NCBI GenBank assembly: GCA_964247055.1
Contig: OZ176053.1
Location: 10,912,001-10,976,000 of the forward strand
DNA: 64,000 bases
Origin: Paragordius varius
Lineage: Eukaryota; Animalia; Nematomorpha
Direction: 5' to 3'
Position 1 is the first letter of the stretch. Each line of letters starts with the position of its first letter. The position numbers were made by a program, and so were the translations under genes. Shown piece after piece: positions 15,464 to 28,899 of this stretch. A model generated the notes under the pieces. It was not told where the DNA came from. It saw only the letters and a list, made by a program, of their open reading frames with translations, and searched no databases.

Positions 15464-16172
15464 TTATTAATGCACGCACGACATGCACAAAAGATGATCA
15501 CAATCATGATATGGAGAAAAAATTAATCGATAAAATGTCCTTTAAGGAGATCAATATATACATAAACATAATAATTCTACTTATATCTAAAAATAAACCA
15601 CATAACTTTATACCAAAATAAGCTTTGAGATTTAAAAATATTTTTAAACCTTAACATTGATATATGAAATTTAGGCACCCCAAAAAATAAAAATAATTAA
15701 AGATTATCTTTATTCGTTGAAACTTTCCGAAACCTGATTTATACTATGCATATTGAGATACAATTGAATTTGTCCAAATCGAGAACATTAAGAAACGTAA
15801 ACACAATAATTAAAATAGATCATTAAATATATTTTTAGTTTTATGTTTTTTACTAAAAAATATATGAATCTTGTTAAATATTTTGTAAGAAATAAAATTA
15901 ATAATAAATGTTTTACTTAAACTTAAAATTAATATTTCTTCCTAAAAATATGGGTAAAATTAGTGATTAAAGGAAAATAGGTCATTTAAAAAAAGTTATG
16001 AAAAGTTAATGTCGGAATACAAAAATTTTATCTAATAGTTTTTATACAATTTATATATACTTTCAATATCTTGTTCATCAAAGGCTGGATAATTAATATG
16101 GGCAGCTCGATCCACAACTGGCTCAAGATTAAAGATGGAACCTGATTTGTGACGAATTTTTTCGTAATCCAT
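166..16172 (-). CDS. SLC4: SLC4-family Na-coupled bicarbonate transporter (NDCBE/NCBE/Ndae1-like), N-terminal cytoplasmic part; gene continues off the left edge
   Basis: Phase-consistent GT-AG exons: 16172-16061 (ATG with in-frame upstream TGA; MDYEKIR...[19 protein letters not shown]), 10708-10345 ([10 protein letters not shown]...), 9230-9118, 4529-4411 ([11 protein letters not shown]...LFIQMDEL), 3996-3788 (...WEEVAR), 2722-2562 ([38 protein letters not shown]), 1676-1503, 866-674, 598-426, 293-166. The motifs match the Band-3 cytoplasmic domain and the SLC4A8/A10-type N-terminus (ESHRAVYIG, VQFILG, LFTEMDEL, ARWIKFEE). Confidence 0.93.
1796..2313. mobile_element. piggyBac-like MITE, family A, in an SLC4 intron
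   Basis: TTAA at both ends (1796-1799, 2310-2313). Imperfect TIR CACCCCAATACCTTTT / CACTTCATTACCTTTT. Related copies at 24051-24526 and about 9950-10310. Confidence 0.7.
3333..3754. mobile_element. TATA-flanked foldback MITE with about 21-bp tandem repeats (aaacaattcaaattcaccctt)
   Basis: TATA flanks. TIR CCATTTACAATTTAAATTCACCCT / CTATTAACAGTTCAAATTCACCCT. About 9 tandem units at 3345-3555. Confidence 0.75.
4411..5499 (-). CDS. Probable alternative long first coding exon of the SLC4 gene (Ser/Pro/Asn-rich N-terminus)
   Basis: Open from ATG 5499 through the internal acceptor at 4530/4529, in frame with the shared exon, to the GTAAGC donor at 4410. No AG acceptor lies just upstream of the ATG. 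Confidence 0.65.
6430..7300 (-). pseudogene. Highly degenerate Tc1/mariner-like transposase remnant
   Basis: Broken minus-strand frames give DES...[15 protein letters not shown] and [11 protein letters not shown], loosely resembling DDE/D transposase motifs. Many stops and frameshifts; boundaries are approximate. Confidence 0.35.
9950..10310. mobile_element. Truncated copy of piggyBac-like MITE family A
   Basis: Internal similarity to 1900-2290 (e.g. tatcagctgtt...gactcta...gagaacaatgtt); termini not clear. Confidence 0.5.
13066..13283. mobile_element. TATA-flanked foldback MITE with gcaacatttt tandem repeats
   Basis: TIR CCATTTTTCAGTCGAAAGCAACATTTTT / CCGTTTTTCAGTCAAAAGCAACATTTTT, with TATA on both sides. 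Confidence 0.75.
13578..13610. repeat. (TA)n microsatellite
   Basis: Perfect TA run seen directly. Confidence 0.95.
15141..15172. repeat. (AT)n microsatellite
   Basis: Perfect AT run seen directly. Confidence 0.95.
15415..15459. repeat. (AT)n microsatellite
   Basis: Perfect AT run seen directly. Confidence 0.95.
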
Positions 16173-18239
16173 TCAAGGTAAATAAAATGATTGTTTTTAA
16201 TGCGGAAGAAGAAATAAATGCAACATAAAATTAAATTTATTATGCAGGTGGCGATTGAGAATTTAACGACTGTATTTTCAAAAACACAGATTGTAATTTA
16301 ATTAAGTATTCTTTGGTGTTTGTTCATAAAATGCCGATAGTCGTTTGTTTTGGATAAAAGTTATTTATTGCAACATAAATAATTGCTGGCTCAATACACC
16401 TTTTAGCCTAACCAAATAATGACTCTAAACTGTTTAAAATTATATAATTTAAGATTAATAATTTTCTCATGTTAAAATACGGTAAATGTCATACTTTCTG
16501 AATATTTAGATATTACATACTCTACTCTACAACTAAGATACATGAAATTATAGAATTAATTTTACAATACCCTTCAATTCCGATTTTTATATAGAGTGCC
16601 CACAAATAAATATATTGATGAAATTTATATTATAAAAAGTATCAAGATTATCATGGTGTCTTTGGTCCTGACTAGTGAGTTAATATATTTTAGTGGTTTG
16701 AAAATCAAAAAATTCGCACAACTTCTGTTTAATTAAAATTTTGGTGAACGCTAATGCTTATAAATACTATGGTTAAAAAATAATAACATATTACAAGGGA
16801 AAACTATTTTTAGTTTTAAATATTATGAGAAAATTCTAAATTTTTTTTCCCTAATAGAGTTTTTTGCAATAAGCACAAAAATGCCGAGATTGCGTGATAA
16901 AATTTTAAATATATGCTTTTTGACATTAAAAAGGGATTTATTCCGAAAAATAAATATTTTCCTAAAAAATAAAATTTAATGTATAGTAGAATTTTGAAGC
17001 GTGATGGAAAAGATATAACAAGTCTTTAAGATATTTTAGCATTTTTTCTCTATAATGATGCTGAGCATTTCTATAACCTCAGAGTGAGTAAAACTTTCCT
17101 TAAATTTGAATATATTTACGAGATATATCAAAATTTTCGGAGGTGATAGAAATGTTTAGCATCCTCAAATTATACATAAAATTTGTTTTTATGATATCTT
17201 TAAGCGTTTTCCCGTTTTTAACATGCGTCGGAATAGTATGAAATGGCTAACACAAAGTTTTGCTGATTTAAATTTAAGCAAAATATCTATTTTTTTGGTA
17301 GGAATTTTATTGATTTCGAATGGAATATAATAACAATCTTGGTAGTTTTTTATTTTAAGAGGACTAGCTCATAAAAGGGCGAAAAAATTTGGGATTTCGG
17401 AGGCCACATTAAAATTTTAGATATATAAAAATGTTGATAGTTTTTTATTATGTAGTTCATTATATTTTAGTGATATTATTTGAAATGAATAGCCTTTATT
17501 AAAAAAATTTTTCTGATAAGGAGCCGTAAAAGTTCTATAACTTTCTAAATAAATGTGCTAAACTATGTAGTCTAAAGTTACCATTGTTTCAGCAGAGTAA
17601 AAAATAAAAAGCGCCTATTTTTTAAATAATTTTATGGAAGTGTTCAAATAATTTATCTCTTTTCACCTAATTGAAATTAGAAATATAACCTAAATATATA
17701 AAGAGCGCCGAAGATATGGAGGAAATACGAAATATAAAGATATTAGGATTATTGATGGGGCTATTGGTTTTAGGCTTAGGAGTATAGAAATACATTACTC
17801 CATGAAAATCCAGATACAATTAGCTATCAGAATTATCAGGATATTTTTCATACCTTTTTAGGAAGTGCTATCAAATAAGGTTCATAATGTATTGTAGTAT
17901 TTGGAATGTCCAATTTAGCTTATAATAAACAATTTAATAAGAAAATGTGGCTTTATGCCATTTTCTTATATAAAGCCCTTACCCAGAATTTAAAGGATTC
18001 TGTTGGTGCTTTTGGGTTCGGAGCTTAAATGTGATAGAAAGTTTTTTGCATTTTTTATGGTAATTGTTGGATATCGAAAAATCGCAAAATTAACGCACAT
18101 TATTTCAAAAACTTTTTATATAAGATATAATTAAAATGCTAAACAATATTTTATTTTAGTTTTCAGATATAAGCCTGAAAGTTTCAAGATGTTTCGCAAA
18201 AATACGATGTTGCGCGATAAAAATTTAAGAGTTAAAAAC

Positions 18240-18362
18240 AAAACAAAAAGGCAAAAGACCAACTTAAAGTGTTAAAGGACCAACTTGAAATGTTCAAGGA
18301 CCAACTTGAAGTGTTTAAGGACCAACTTGGAGTGAAAGGATACTCTTAGTAAAAATGGTATA
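18240..18362 (-). mobile_element. Right arm of a TATA-flanked foldback (ggaccaacttgaa tandem repeats)
   Basis: Tandem 21-bp ggaccaacttgaagtgttcaa-type units ending in AAATGG|TATA; same family as 45941 and 48863-52800. Confidence 0.7.
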
Positions 18363-18774
18363 TAAAGAAAAAGTGGTTTTTAATTTTACCGTTTCGAATA
18401 ACTTTAATATACCATCCACGCTTTAACAAATTTTAAAAATAATATTTTTTAAATGTCATGTTATGCAAATATTCTGATAAAAAGGATTTACTAGGGGTAT
18501 AAAAAAATTATCACTTTTGTGATGATTGATTCATATCAAAAGTTCGCAAACTTAGCGCATATGTTAAATAAAATTATTTTGATGAGAGCTAGATGTCTAA
18601 TAAATATCATTTATATTATAGTTTATCAAAAGCAAAACATTGTTATATATAAAATTGTAGACTTACGCTCCGTAAGTTATAAATTTTTGGAGACTTTCAA
18701 AAATGAGATTAGTTTTTTTAAAATAAACGCAAAATGTCGGGATTGCGCGATAACAATTTTAATATATGCTAGAA

Positions 18775-19087
18775 CAAAGGGTCTAACACAAATAACCTTG
18801 CGGCAGCATTTTAACTAAAAAACGGCAGGCAATATTCCAAAAATATAGAGATTGGATTTCGATTGTAAAAAATGGCAACAATAATAACCACTATTTAATC
18901 TACCAATTTTTGCTGCTAGTTCGCTGCCATTCGAAATGATTTTTCAAAAATACGCTTAGAAATATCAATTTATTAAGCTTTTGAGCATATATTTGCAAAT
19001 GGAATAAGCATCTATCCAATTTTCAAATATTTTTCAGGGCACGTAATATCCGCAAATCAGCATGCGGGCCGTATGTGGACACCCCTG
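18775..19087. mobile_element. hAT-type MITE with 8-bp TSD
   Basis: Ends caaagggtctaacac...ggacacccctg, flanked by tgctagaa / tgctagag (7/8 match). Confidence 0.75.
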
Positions 19088-19403
19088 TGCTAGAGACATC
19101 AAAAAAATTAAAAATGTAAGCTTTGCTTGATATTTTAATTAAGAAAAACTATACAGGTACAAACAGCATTTTTTCAAAATGCAGTATAGGACTGTTTAAA
19201 GATTATCTGACATAACCTTATTCTTTAATTTTTATATTGTATAAAAGTTATATGATTTATTTTATTGTTATTATATAATACCAAGCATTTGGTTTTCACG
19301 AATTTATGTAGCATAAAAGTTAAAACTGTAAAAAAAATATATGATGTAAGAACAATATTCGATAATTAAAACATAATTAATTTTTTGTAGTTTATTAACA
19401 AGT

Positions 19404-19965
19404 TTAACACTTCGATTCAAATTGGGGTATCTAAATACCCCAGACAAATTATAAGTTAGGATATTTAAAAAACTACTGAATGAACCGGTCCCAATTTAAA
19501 TTTATGCTTCTCATCTAATAAAAATTAAATATAAATTTTGTTTTGAAAAAAGTTTCATGTCAAACTACTTTGACGCCATTTTTATTTTACCAAATTTTTG
19601 CAAAATATCGTCTTCTGTTATTTTAAGGGTAAAATTAAAGCTAATTTTTTATTTAAATTACATCTAACATTGGTAGAAATAGAAAAATCGGTTTACTTTG
19701 TATTATTTTTTAATTTTACCAGTGCACACATGTCACGTTGACCAAATTTTTACCTTTCGGTTTTAGCTTAAAATAAGTAATATCAAGTATTTTTGAATAA
19801 TTTTTTTTTATATATTTCGGTTTGTTAATGTTATATAAGTGCAAAATTTTGCCATGGTTTCGATTCCTTCCATATTTTTTACTTTAATTTTAAACAGGCT
19901 TGGGGTATTTAACTACCCCATTTGAATCGAAGGACTAAAATGAATGTGTTGTATCCAAGTGTTAA
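19404..19965. mobile_element. piggyBac-like MITE, family B
   Basis: TTAA flanks. TIR CACTTCGATTCAA / CACTTGGATACAA, plus an internal inverted copy of TTCGATTCAAAT-GGGGTA about 30 bp inside the right end. Confidence 0.75.
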
Positions 19966-22774
19966 GTGGAAAAAATGTAATCGTTTACAAAGAACTAAAA
20001 GGTAGTAAAGTGTTAAAATAGAGTCGTTGATATTGGGTAATCAAAATTTGAATATATGGAAAATTATGACATTAAAAAGTTTTTTTTTCAAAAATTTATT
20101 ATTTTGCTTAATAAATTGGAAAAATTTTGGTGAAGAAAGTTTTATGGAATTTTGAATGGTAGAAACGGTATATAACCATTTAAAAATATTATAAAATTAC
20201 CGTTTCTAACTACAATAAACATGAAAATTTCTATCACCTCAAATTTTTGATTCAAGTAGTAGTTGACTTCGAATTGAAAATGAATTTTATTTTAAAAAAA
20301 CAACTATGAATTAAATCTGTCAAACAAATCATTTAATCAAAACACTAAAGAAATAGAAATGATCAGTCATCGTATATTGCAAAATATGGTTTTAATATAT
20401 TCTTAAAGTGGTTTTATATCGTTACCATCAGGCTTTATAATACCATAAAACTCGTTCCAGAAAAATTCTGCTATTTATTAAATTTAAAAGCAAATTTTTT
20501 TCTTAAATTTTTTTTTTCGATGTCAAAACTTAGCAATATTCAAAATTTTTATCGCGCAACATCGGCATTCTTGTGAAAAATTTTGGGACTTTCGGGCTCA
20601 TACCTGAAAACTAAAGTTTAATAAAAATATTGTTTAACATTTTAATTTTATCTTATATTCTAATGGTATTTTTGAAAAAAAGCATTTAGTTTTTTCTAAA
20701 AAGGCTTATTAAACATAATGTGCGTTAATTTTGCGATTTTTCGATATCCAACAATTACCATGAAAAATGCAAAAATTTTCTATTACATTTAAGCTCTCAA
20801 CCCAAAAGCACCAACAGAATCCTGATATAACTTCTGTGGTAACGGCTGTATATCAGAAAATGGCAAAAAGCCACATTTTGTTATTAAATTCTTTAGAATG
20901 AGCTAAATGGGTCATTTCAAATATTATAATACATTATAAATCTTAAATAGCACTGCCTAAAAAGGTTTATTATCATTTTGATATATAAATGTATCAGGAT
21001 TCTCATTGTGTAATATATTTATTTAAAGACTTTTAAACCTAAAACCAAAAGCCCCATTAATAATCCTAATATCTTTATATTTCATTCCTCCATATCTTCT
21101 GCACTGTTTTATATTCAGGTTATATTCGCAATTTCAATTAGGTGAAAAGAGATAAAAACACATCCATAAAATTATTTAAAAAATAGGCGTTTTTATTTTT
21201 TACTGTGCTGAAACAATGGTCACTTTAGACTACATAGTTTCGCACACTTGGCGTATTAAGAACGATTTTCGTTATTACCGTAAAATATTTATATCTTGTA
21301 TAATTAAATTGCAAAAAAACTTTGTGTTTGAAATTTATACAGTATATATATATAAGCAAGTGTAAAATGACATAAATATTGGTCATAAACACAACAATCA
21401 AATATAAACTACTTTACAAATTTTGAAAATATTTTTTATTCTAAGCATATTGCCATCATTACAAAATTATGTTAAATATGCTATTTCTTTGGTTTTGTAT
21501 TTTGGAATAAGTCCGCATCCGTCTAAGAAGAAGGAAACACCAAATCAAAGTATTAATTAATTATATGTGAATTTTAATAAGCCTTTTATTAAATTTGATT
21601 AATAAAATCCTTTAAATTGTTTATTAAGGTTTTTCTTATTTTGACGACCAAAATAGGTTTAAATTAAATTATAAATTTGAAATATATTATGTTAAGATCG
21701 AGGCTGTGTGATAAATATAAGTTTAAGACATTCCCAATTATATAACTGATTTATGACTGACTTGATATTTACCGTTTAAATCTAGGTTACTAATTATCTA
21801 TATATATAAGAACTCATGGACAAATTTAGAGGCTAACCTTATAATATTGCAATTAAATTATTTGTATAAGCCTATTAGTTTCCTGAATAAAATTTCCCTT
21901 ATTGGGATTTATAAATTATTTTTAGCTCATATTTCAACAAGCATTTATTTAATAAAATTACATTTATTAATTTATGGCGAATTTAATCAATTCAAAATTT
22001 GTGACAATGTGGAAATCATTTAATTTTTAGCGTTCATTAACTGAAAACGAGAACTAGATTCAATAATATGTATATTTTTATTTTTTTAATATTTTTGTCT
22101 AAAACTGACTTTCATACATAATTTAGAATTTTAGAGGAAAAAGTTGGAGATAAATTTTATTAAAAATTCATTCTACTAGAACCGAGAAAATCCTAAACGT
22201 AGTCCTTTAAAAAGTCAGTTTGATTTATCATTAAGAAGTCAATTCGGAAACTAAAACGAATCTAGAATTTGTTTATGTAATTTTTAAGCCTTTTCCCCCA
22301 CATATCCTTAAGTGTATATTAGGTTTTCAAATATTTTTATCACAAATCACTCGTATAGTAATTAAAAATTTTTTGTTTAAATAAAGTGGTAATATTGGTT
22401 AAAGCCGCTGCAACACAACGCATTTTTTAAAAAAAATATGGGGGCCAAACATAAAGTAATTTTATGATAATGCAAACTACTCTACAATTAAAACTTTGCG
22501 GTAAATTTATTAAGTTTTTTAAAACCCATTAAATAAAGTATCTATCCACAATTGGTTTCTTACGTTGACCAATATATCTGGTAATATATAAAGACGTTTT
22601 GAATAATTAATTTTTTTCCTTATATTCTTTAAAATGTATACCCATTTTTATACATTTTTATAAAAATACATTTTAAAAGGATTTTTATATAAAATTTTTC
22701 AAGATGTTTATATCATAGAACATTAGATTGTTTATGTATACGGCTATGCATTAAATTTAGGATGTGATATTTCA

Positions 22775-25700
22775 CTAAACTATGCTTTCATCTGAGTTTG
22801 TGTCAAATCTTTTTAGAATGCAATTAAAAATGACCATTTTTGCTATCTGAAACCTTAGTTTAAATTTCTTATTTGTTAGGTTAAAACCGTTTTTGATTTC
22901 CTTAGTAATGCCATTTAACATAATTTTAATTCTGTCCCCTTAAAAATTCCAAATCAAATTTATTTTAATGATTCATACAGGATTTAATAAATTTATTTTA
23001 AAGTCAATATTATTACTTATTGCTGAAAAATGAATAATTATTGTCCATTAAAAGGGTGTGGTACCAATCTTTGAAGCCAATGGTGATCTTCGTATAAAAC
23101 TAGGCAACTATCACATTCCCATAAGCCAATTTTATCTTTATATAAGTAGAAGTATTAAATATTCAATAAAATTTTAATTAAAATATATGTGACCTACTCA
23201 ATTAAAATTGTTTATTGATTTAAATTCACTAATGTTATTTTATGAATGGTAATATTAACGCAAATATGTGCAAAAGTAGAAAGGATGTTTAACGCAAATA
23301 TGAAAGACTCTATAATAAACCCTTGTTGATGGAAAGTGTTGTAATTTCGGTACTATTGTCCGGCAAAACAACGCTAAAATCAACTGACATAATGTCTTCC
23401 GGGATGTAAAAATAATCAGAAAATCCAATCTAATAATACATATAATCATTATAATTTTATAAAAATTTTATATTTTTTAACAAATAATAAATAATTAAGT
23501 GTGTTGGATACCGCATAATTTTTGTACTTTCCCTTTTCCTTGTATATAAGTTGGAGGCTCAACGGATACATACGTGGAACAAAAGAAATTCGTGTGGCCA
23601 AGTTATATTGATTCAATAAGAAATTCACACAGTCTATATTATTTTATATTTAACTAATGAAAATGACATAATATATTAATACGGTTTTGCCCTATTAAGG
23701 ATTTATAATTAACTTAAACGCGTAATTTTTAAGTAGTATATATTTTAAATATTATTATTCTTTTTAGATAAGATTTTATGTTTTTCTCAGATATGAATGA
23801 TTTATTATTAGCCTACCAAATGCTTTTTTTATGATTACAAAAGCACAACCCGACATGTCTCGTTTACTTTTACCTAATGATACCATATTTAATAAATACC
23901 GCCTATAAAGGGCTTTTAATATGTAACTTTCGACTCATAAAAAATGCATAACATTGTGTCCAAACAAGCACTATAGAACCTAATGTTTTATTAAAATATT
24001 TATTTTACTATAAATTTATAAAACACGATTATGTTTACTGAATTATATCATTAAACATTCCATTACCTTTTGGGGTAGTTTATAACCCATAACGATATAA
24101 TATTTGGAGATCCTACGCTGAATTTAAAATGCTTTCTTTATTTAGGCGCATTATACAAAAAATATTTTTTTAAAAAATGTAAAAAACCTCACCTTAAACT
24201 TTTTTGCCGTCATTTTTTTCTATAAATTTTTTTACAATGCAACAAATAATTAACTTTAAAACTTTTAAGCTACATATAAAGCAAAAACTTGATATATTTT
24301 TATTTTAATATCAACTGTTTGTTTCAATCGTGTTTTGGAGCTGCCCGATTTTAGACTCTAGAAATCATAAAACTGTAAAAAATATAAGCTTTTTCACATG
24401 AGAACAATGTTTGATAATTAAATATTAACTAACATAACTTTCAAAACAGTAGTTTATTTATAAAATTGAGCTCTGGGAGAAACTCTCCCAAAAGTACAAA
24501 AAAGTGAAAAGGTAATGAAGTCTTAGTGATTTATGATAATTCTAATTCATTTATAACCTTGTCTCATATAATATTTCATGGCAAAAAGTTGATCAAGTCC
24601 ATACTCGGTGTAGCGGGATACGTTTAAATTGAAGTAAGCATTCTTTGGTTTATCGTATGTAATAAAACATTGGTTCTTCTAAAAAAGGTTAAAACACCAA
24701 TAAACAACAGTCATAATTCTAAAACACAGTCTGAGTAAAAATATATTGTAATATATATATTTCCAGACATAGGCACTTGGCTCAAAGTTACTGCAAAATA
24801 AGGTATTTCTCGCTTAAAATTTTGATTCAAATTGGGGTATTTAGTGACCCCAGACTATATTTGATTAATATTAAATAAGTAATGAAAGAAACGGTTTTTA
24901 TGCTTCTATCCTAATAAAATAATATAAATAAGCCAAAATATCTGAATAAAATTTAGTTTTACAAAAATTTCATATCAAACTACTTCCGCCATTTTTATTT
25001 TCAACATTTTCATAAATCGTGTTTATTTGATTCAACGATAAGATAATAAACGAGATTTTATTTTAATATCTATATTAAAAACAGAAAAAGTTTATTTTGC
25101 ATTCTTATATTTAGCAAATTTACACATTTCATATTGCCCAAATTTCTCTCTTGAAGTTAATCTATAAAAGGAGTAATATAAATTTTTGAGCGAATCTTTT
25201 TTTATATTTCGGTGCATAAAATGTGAGTGCAAAATTTTATAATGATTTTGTTGCAATTTTCGGTAATATTTTATTTAACAGGCGTAAGGTCCTTAAGGAC
25301 CCAATTTTGAATCGAAAAACTGAAATAAATTTGTTGATCTAAGTGTTAAATACGACTTCTCCTACTGTATATGCTATCTGGGAATATTTTATTAAAAACT
25401 AGAATGTATTACCCATACACTAGTTGCTAACATGTTGAAGCCATTTTTTACAGTACCAAGCATAAACGAAAAAAAAACAACGTAAAAATATATGAAGAAT
25501 TATTAATTCATACGCGGACAAGGTCAATAATTTTATTTTGTATTTCGTCGACGATTTCCAAGGTAATTGAACAGTTCGTAATTGTTTTATCTTTAAGGTA
25601 TATGGTATTATTCTCTTGTTGCACAGGCAAATATTTATCCAGATCAAGACAAATATTCTTGGTGACATTTTTGTGAATTGTCTTAGGTGATAAAATTGTA

Positions 25701-26567
25701 TCTTTTATTTCCGGTGAGACTGTGAAGGTGTACGTTTTTTGCAATATATTATGATTGAAAGCTGAAATAAAGTAAAAAAGTATCAAAATAGTTTTTTTTA
25801 AAAAATTTAATTACAACTAGAATTATCACTGATTAAAATTTTGACATCGTTTTTCAAAGGATAAAATAAAAATTTATAAAAAAATACCATAGGAGAATTT
25901 ATTTAGTCCAATAAAAACACCCAATAGAATTATAAAATTTGCGTTTGTAGACATTTCGTACTTCACAAAATAAAAATGAATAAATTTTATATGATTTAGA
26001 CCTGTTTATATATTATTTAGATCAATATTATTAATAACAACACAACGACTTAGAAAATTGTTAACATATAATTAAAACACTCCTTTGTTAAGAGTATCAT
26101 TTTCATTATTATTCGCCCTTATCGCGTAAATAAAATGTACGCTTAAATTAAATGTATACATATCACGTTAGCATTCTTAGAACATGTCTTATTTTTTTCG
26201 TAAATACTACTACAGAGAGAGAAAATTTATTTAAATAAGCATGAATCATCAATTTTACGTTAATTTTCCATTATTTAATTAAATATCTTAAAATCTTACA
26301 TCAGATTCGTTAAAAATAAAAACAAAACATATTATTTATCACACTAAAAATGTAATTGTTTCAGGAAACTCAAATATCAAACACAAATAACTGACAATTT
26401 TTCTGAATGTGTTAATAAGTCTGTTTACCTATAAAACTCAAAAATTTCATTAAAAGCTAAAATTAAATTATTTTATTATAAGCACCATCATATCGGTGTT
26501 GATTATCCAAATATAAAAAAAATTTAAACAAACTGCAATAATTTTCATTATCACTGCCATACTGCAT
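22775..26567 (-). CDS. Hypothetical multi-exon protein (about 275 aa) with no family I recognise
   Basis: Phase-consistent GT-AG exons 26567-26486 (start uncertain, weak GTGCTT donor), 25761-25514, 24678-24558, 23633-23512, 23429-23321, 23135-23065 and 22846-22775 (stop, but the 3' end is uncertain). The chain is open throughout. Confidence 0.7.
24051..24526. mobile_element. piggyBac-like MITE family A copy, intronic
   Basis: TTAA-acattccattaccttttgggg...aaaaggtaatgaagtc; colinear with 1796-2313. Confidence 0.65.
24814..25349. mobile_element. piggyBac-like MITE family B copy, intronic
   Basis: TTAA...gattcaaattggggtat...ttttgaatcgaa...aagtg-TTAA; colinear with 19404-19965. Confidence 0.7.
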
Positions 26568-26999
26568 ATTTCTGAAAAATATTAAACCAATTAATCAATC
26601 TTGGGCCCCGCAAAAGCAACTACAAATTTTTTACTAAAAAAGTAACGTTTAGAATGTAATAAATTAAAATATACAATTAACGATTTAATCTATGAATTTT
26701 CTTAAGCTGTAGTTATTAAATTTAACAATAACAAATAAAATCTTAACCGAAATTCAACACTTAATATGATATCTAACACTAGTCAACATTGTACCACCCC
26801 CTTTTTGCGTTTCTAACTAATGCTATGGTAAGGCTAAAACAAAAATGATTGACGCCAATATGATTTTTTAATTTGTTTTTTTTGTAATTAATTTTAAAAA
26901 AAAGATATTTGTGTACATATGTTCAAATATTTAAACGGCCAAGTCGATACAAGTGAGATTATACAAGCAAGAATTTTTCATTATAATTTAATTCATGGA

Positions 27000-27518
27000 A
27001 TTCGTAATACTCGTGCTGCTACGCAGCCCGAAAAAGTCCTTCGGACTTCGGGGGGGGGGCTATAAAAGGGACAATAAAATGATCCACATATGTGGATTAT
27101 TTCGAAACTTATTTAATAGCTATATTAGATTCAAAAAATTATTTTTGTGGACTTAATTTTTTTGGAAAAAAATGGCATTTTACGGGGGGAGCGGGTAAAA
27201 AGAGGGCCTAAATTAAAGCGAGCCGACTATGTTCGGCGCAATCGAAAATAAGTAAACAAAAATCATATTTGAAATTGAATGGTCCAACACGTTCTCCGGA
27301 AAAGCTCGAAGACACGATTTTTGTGGACTTCTGTTTTCAAAAAACCCGTTTTTTACACGGGGTGAGCCCGAACTGTAAGCCTAATTCAAAAAAGGCGAAG
27401 CTATTGTCGGGCATTCATTAATGATTAAATTTTATCGACATTTGGATTTGAATGGGTCTACCGGTTTTCCGGAAACAGATCACAAAGCCAGCATTTTCCA
27501 TTTTTATAAATTTATAGA
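27000..27518 (-). mobile_element. Non-autonomous Helitron (internally deleted; 3' CTAG degenerate)
   Basis: Minus-strand 5' A|TCTATAAATTTATAAAAATGG at 27518; subterminal hairpins at about 27010-27048. Confidence 0.7.
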
Positions 27519-28899
27519 TTTCAAATGCATACAATAAAAGTAAAGTGTTTAATTGATTCTGTTAAATCGATAAAAGTATTAATTTATAGACAACATAAAT
27601 CCTTTATTGATTTTGAATCATCTTCATATTCCTTTTTGTGGTCTGGGTTTAAAATTTACCTTATCCTTCAAATCTAAATCTGGAATTCAATACAGCATCT
27701 AATGATATATAAAAATAAAGAATATCCACTAGTTATAATTAGTTTTATTTTAAAATTAACCGAATAGAAAAACACTTAATAGTCCAAGAAATAGCCAAAA
27801 CTAACAAAATAAATATAGTTTATCTGAAAGCCGATGGTTTTAACCCTGTCTCTTTTATATTTAATATATGTATATACATGTTTAAAATTTAGCTCTAAAT
27901 AAACCCTATAGTGATTATATCCGTCCTATTTTTTCCCTATTTAAATGAATGATCAAAAGATAGAGTTTAAAACGCTTTATAAATGACATAAATATAATAA
28001 TTTAATAACTATTTATTATAAAGTTATATTTTATTTTCTGTCTATTTTCTCATGTTTCGAAAAAACTGAAAGCCTGTAATATCTCAAAATTCTTATGAGG
28101 CATCAAAAATATTTTCAGATTTGGTTATAAAACACTTAAAATAGGTTATTAAAATTATGAGTAGTGGTGTTCGAAAAAGTTCAAATTTATCGACAAATGT
28201 AATTGTGTGATCATCTTCTTTATCTCTCGATTAGTAACATTTCTCTATTTTATGTTGACTGCTTATGACCGCGAATGACATTTGTAAGCCGTCAGAGCGG
28301 CTATAATTTTAAATTAATTATTTTATCAGTAAACGAAATGAAATAATTCACAAATAATTCAAACATTATTATCATAAATAATTACCATTTATAACTTAGC
28401 TTCACCCTCAAACATTTCAAAACACCAGATTTTTTAGTCTAAAAATCAAATATATGATTTGAGATAATTTAAATATGATAACAAATAATAGTTTAACACG
28501 TTATAACATTGAGCCTTATGTGTGAGAATTCGTTTTTACTTTCGATTCAAAGTTTCACAATCAAAAAGTTGATACTAAATTAGAAGCAGGAAAAAAATGG
28601 GAACAAGTGCCTAAACAAATTTGGATTTTTGCTAAAAAGCGTTTAGATGTTATCTATACATTAAAAAAAATAATACGTATACCAAAGTTATGGCTTTGTT
28701 TGTTTGGATAGCATCTTTATGTAGTCAGAAGGCATAAGGTTCAATATTTTATTAATATAGATACATCAAGGTTATTATCGACAATATACGTTATTGAATC
28801 CACATACCGTGAAACATTTACTAATTGTCGTGCAGTGTAATATGAATGTATATAGATACATTACCATACTACTATGCAAAAGGTACGAATTTTATCACA

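Larger units (their letters stand above)
17550..21250. repeat. Pair of about 700-bp inverted repeats (17550-18230 and 20520-21250) from a long dispersed repeat family
   Basis: For example gctaaactatgtagtctaaagttaccattgtttcagc at about 17557 versus gctgaaacaatggtcactttagactacatagtttcgc at about 21207. Other family pieces at about 16870-17520, 33540-34050, 34830-35850 and 44030-44510. Confidence 0.8.

Noticed and set aside
13436-15621. ORFs with IYIYIY runs
   Set aside because: Products of (TA)n microsatellites.
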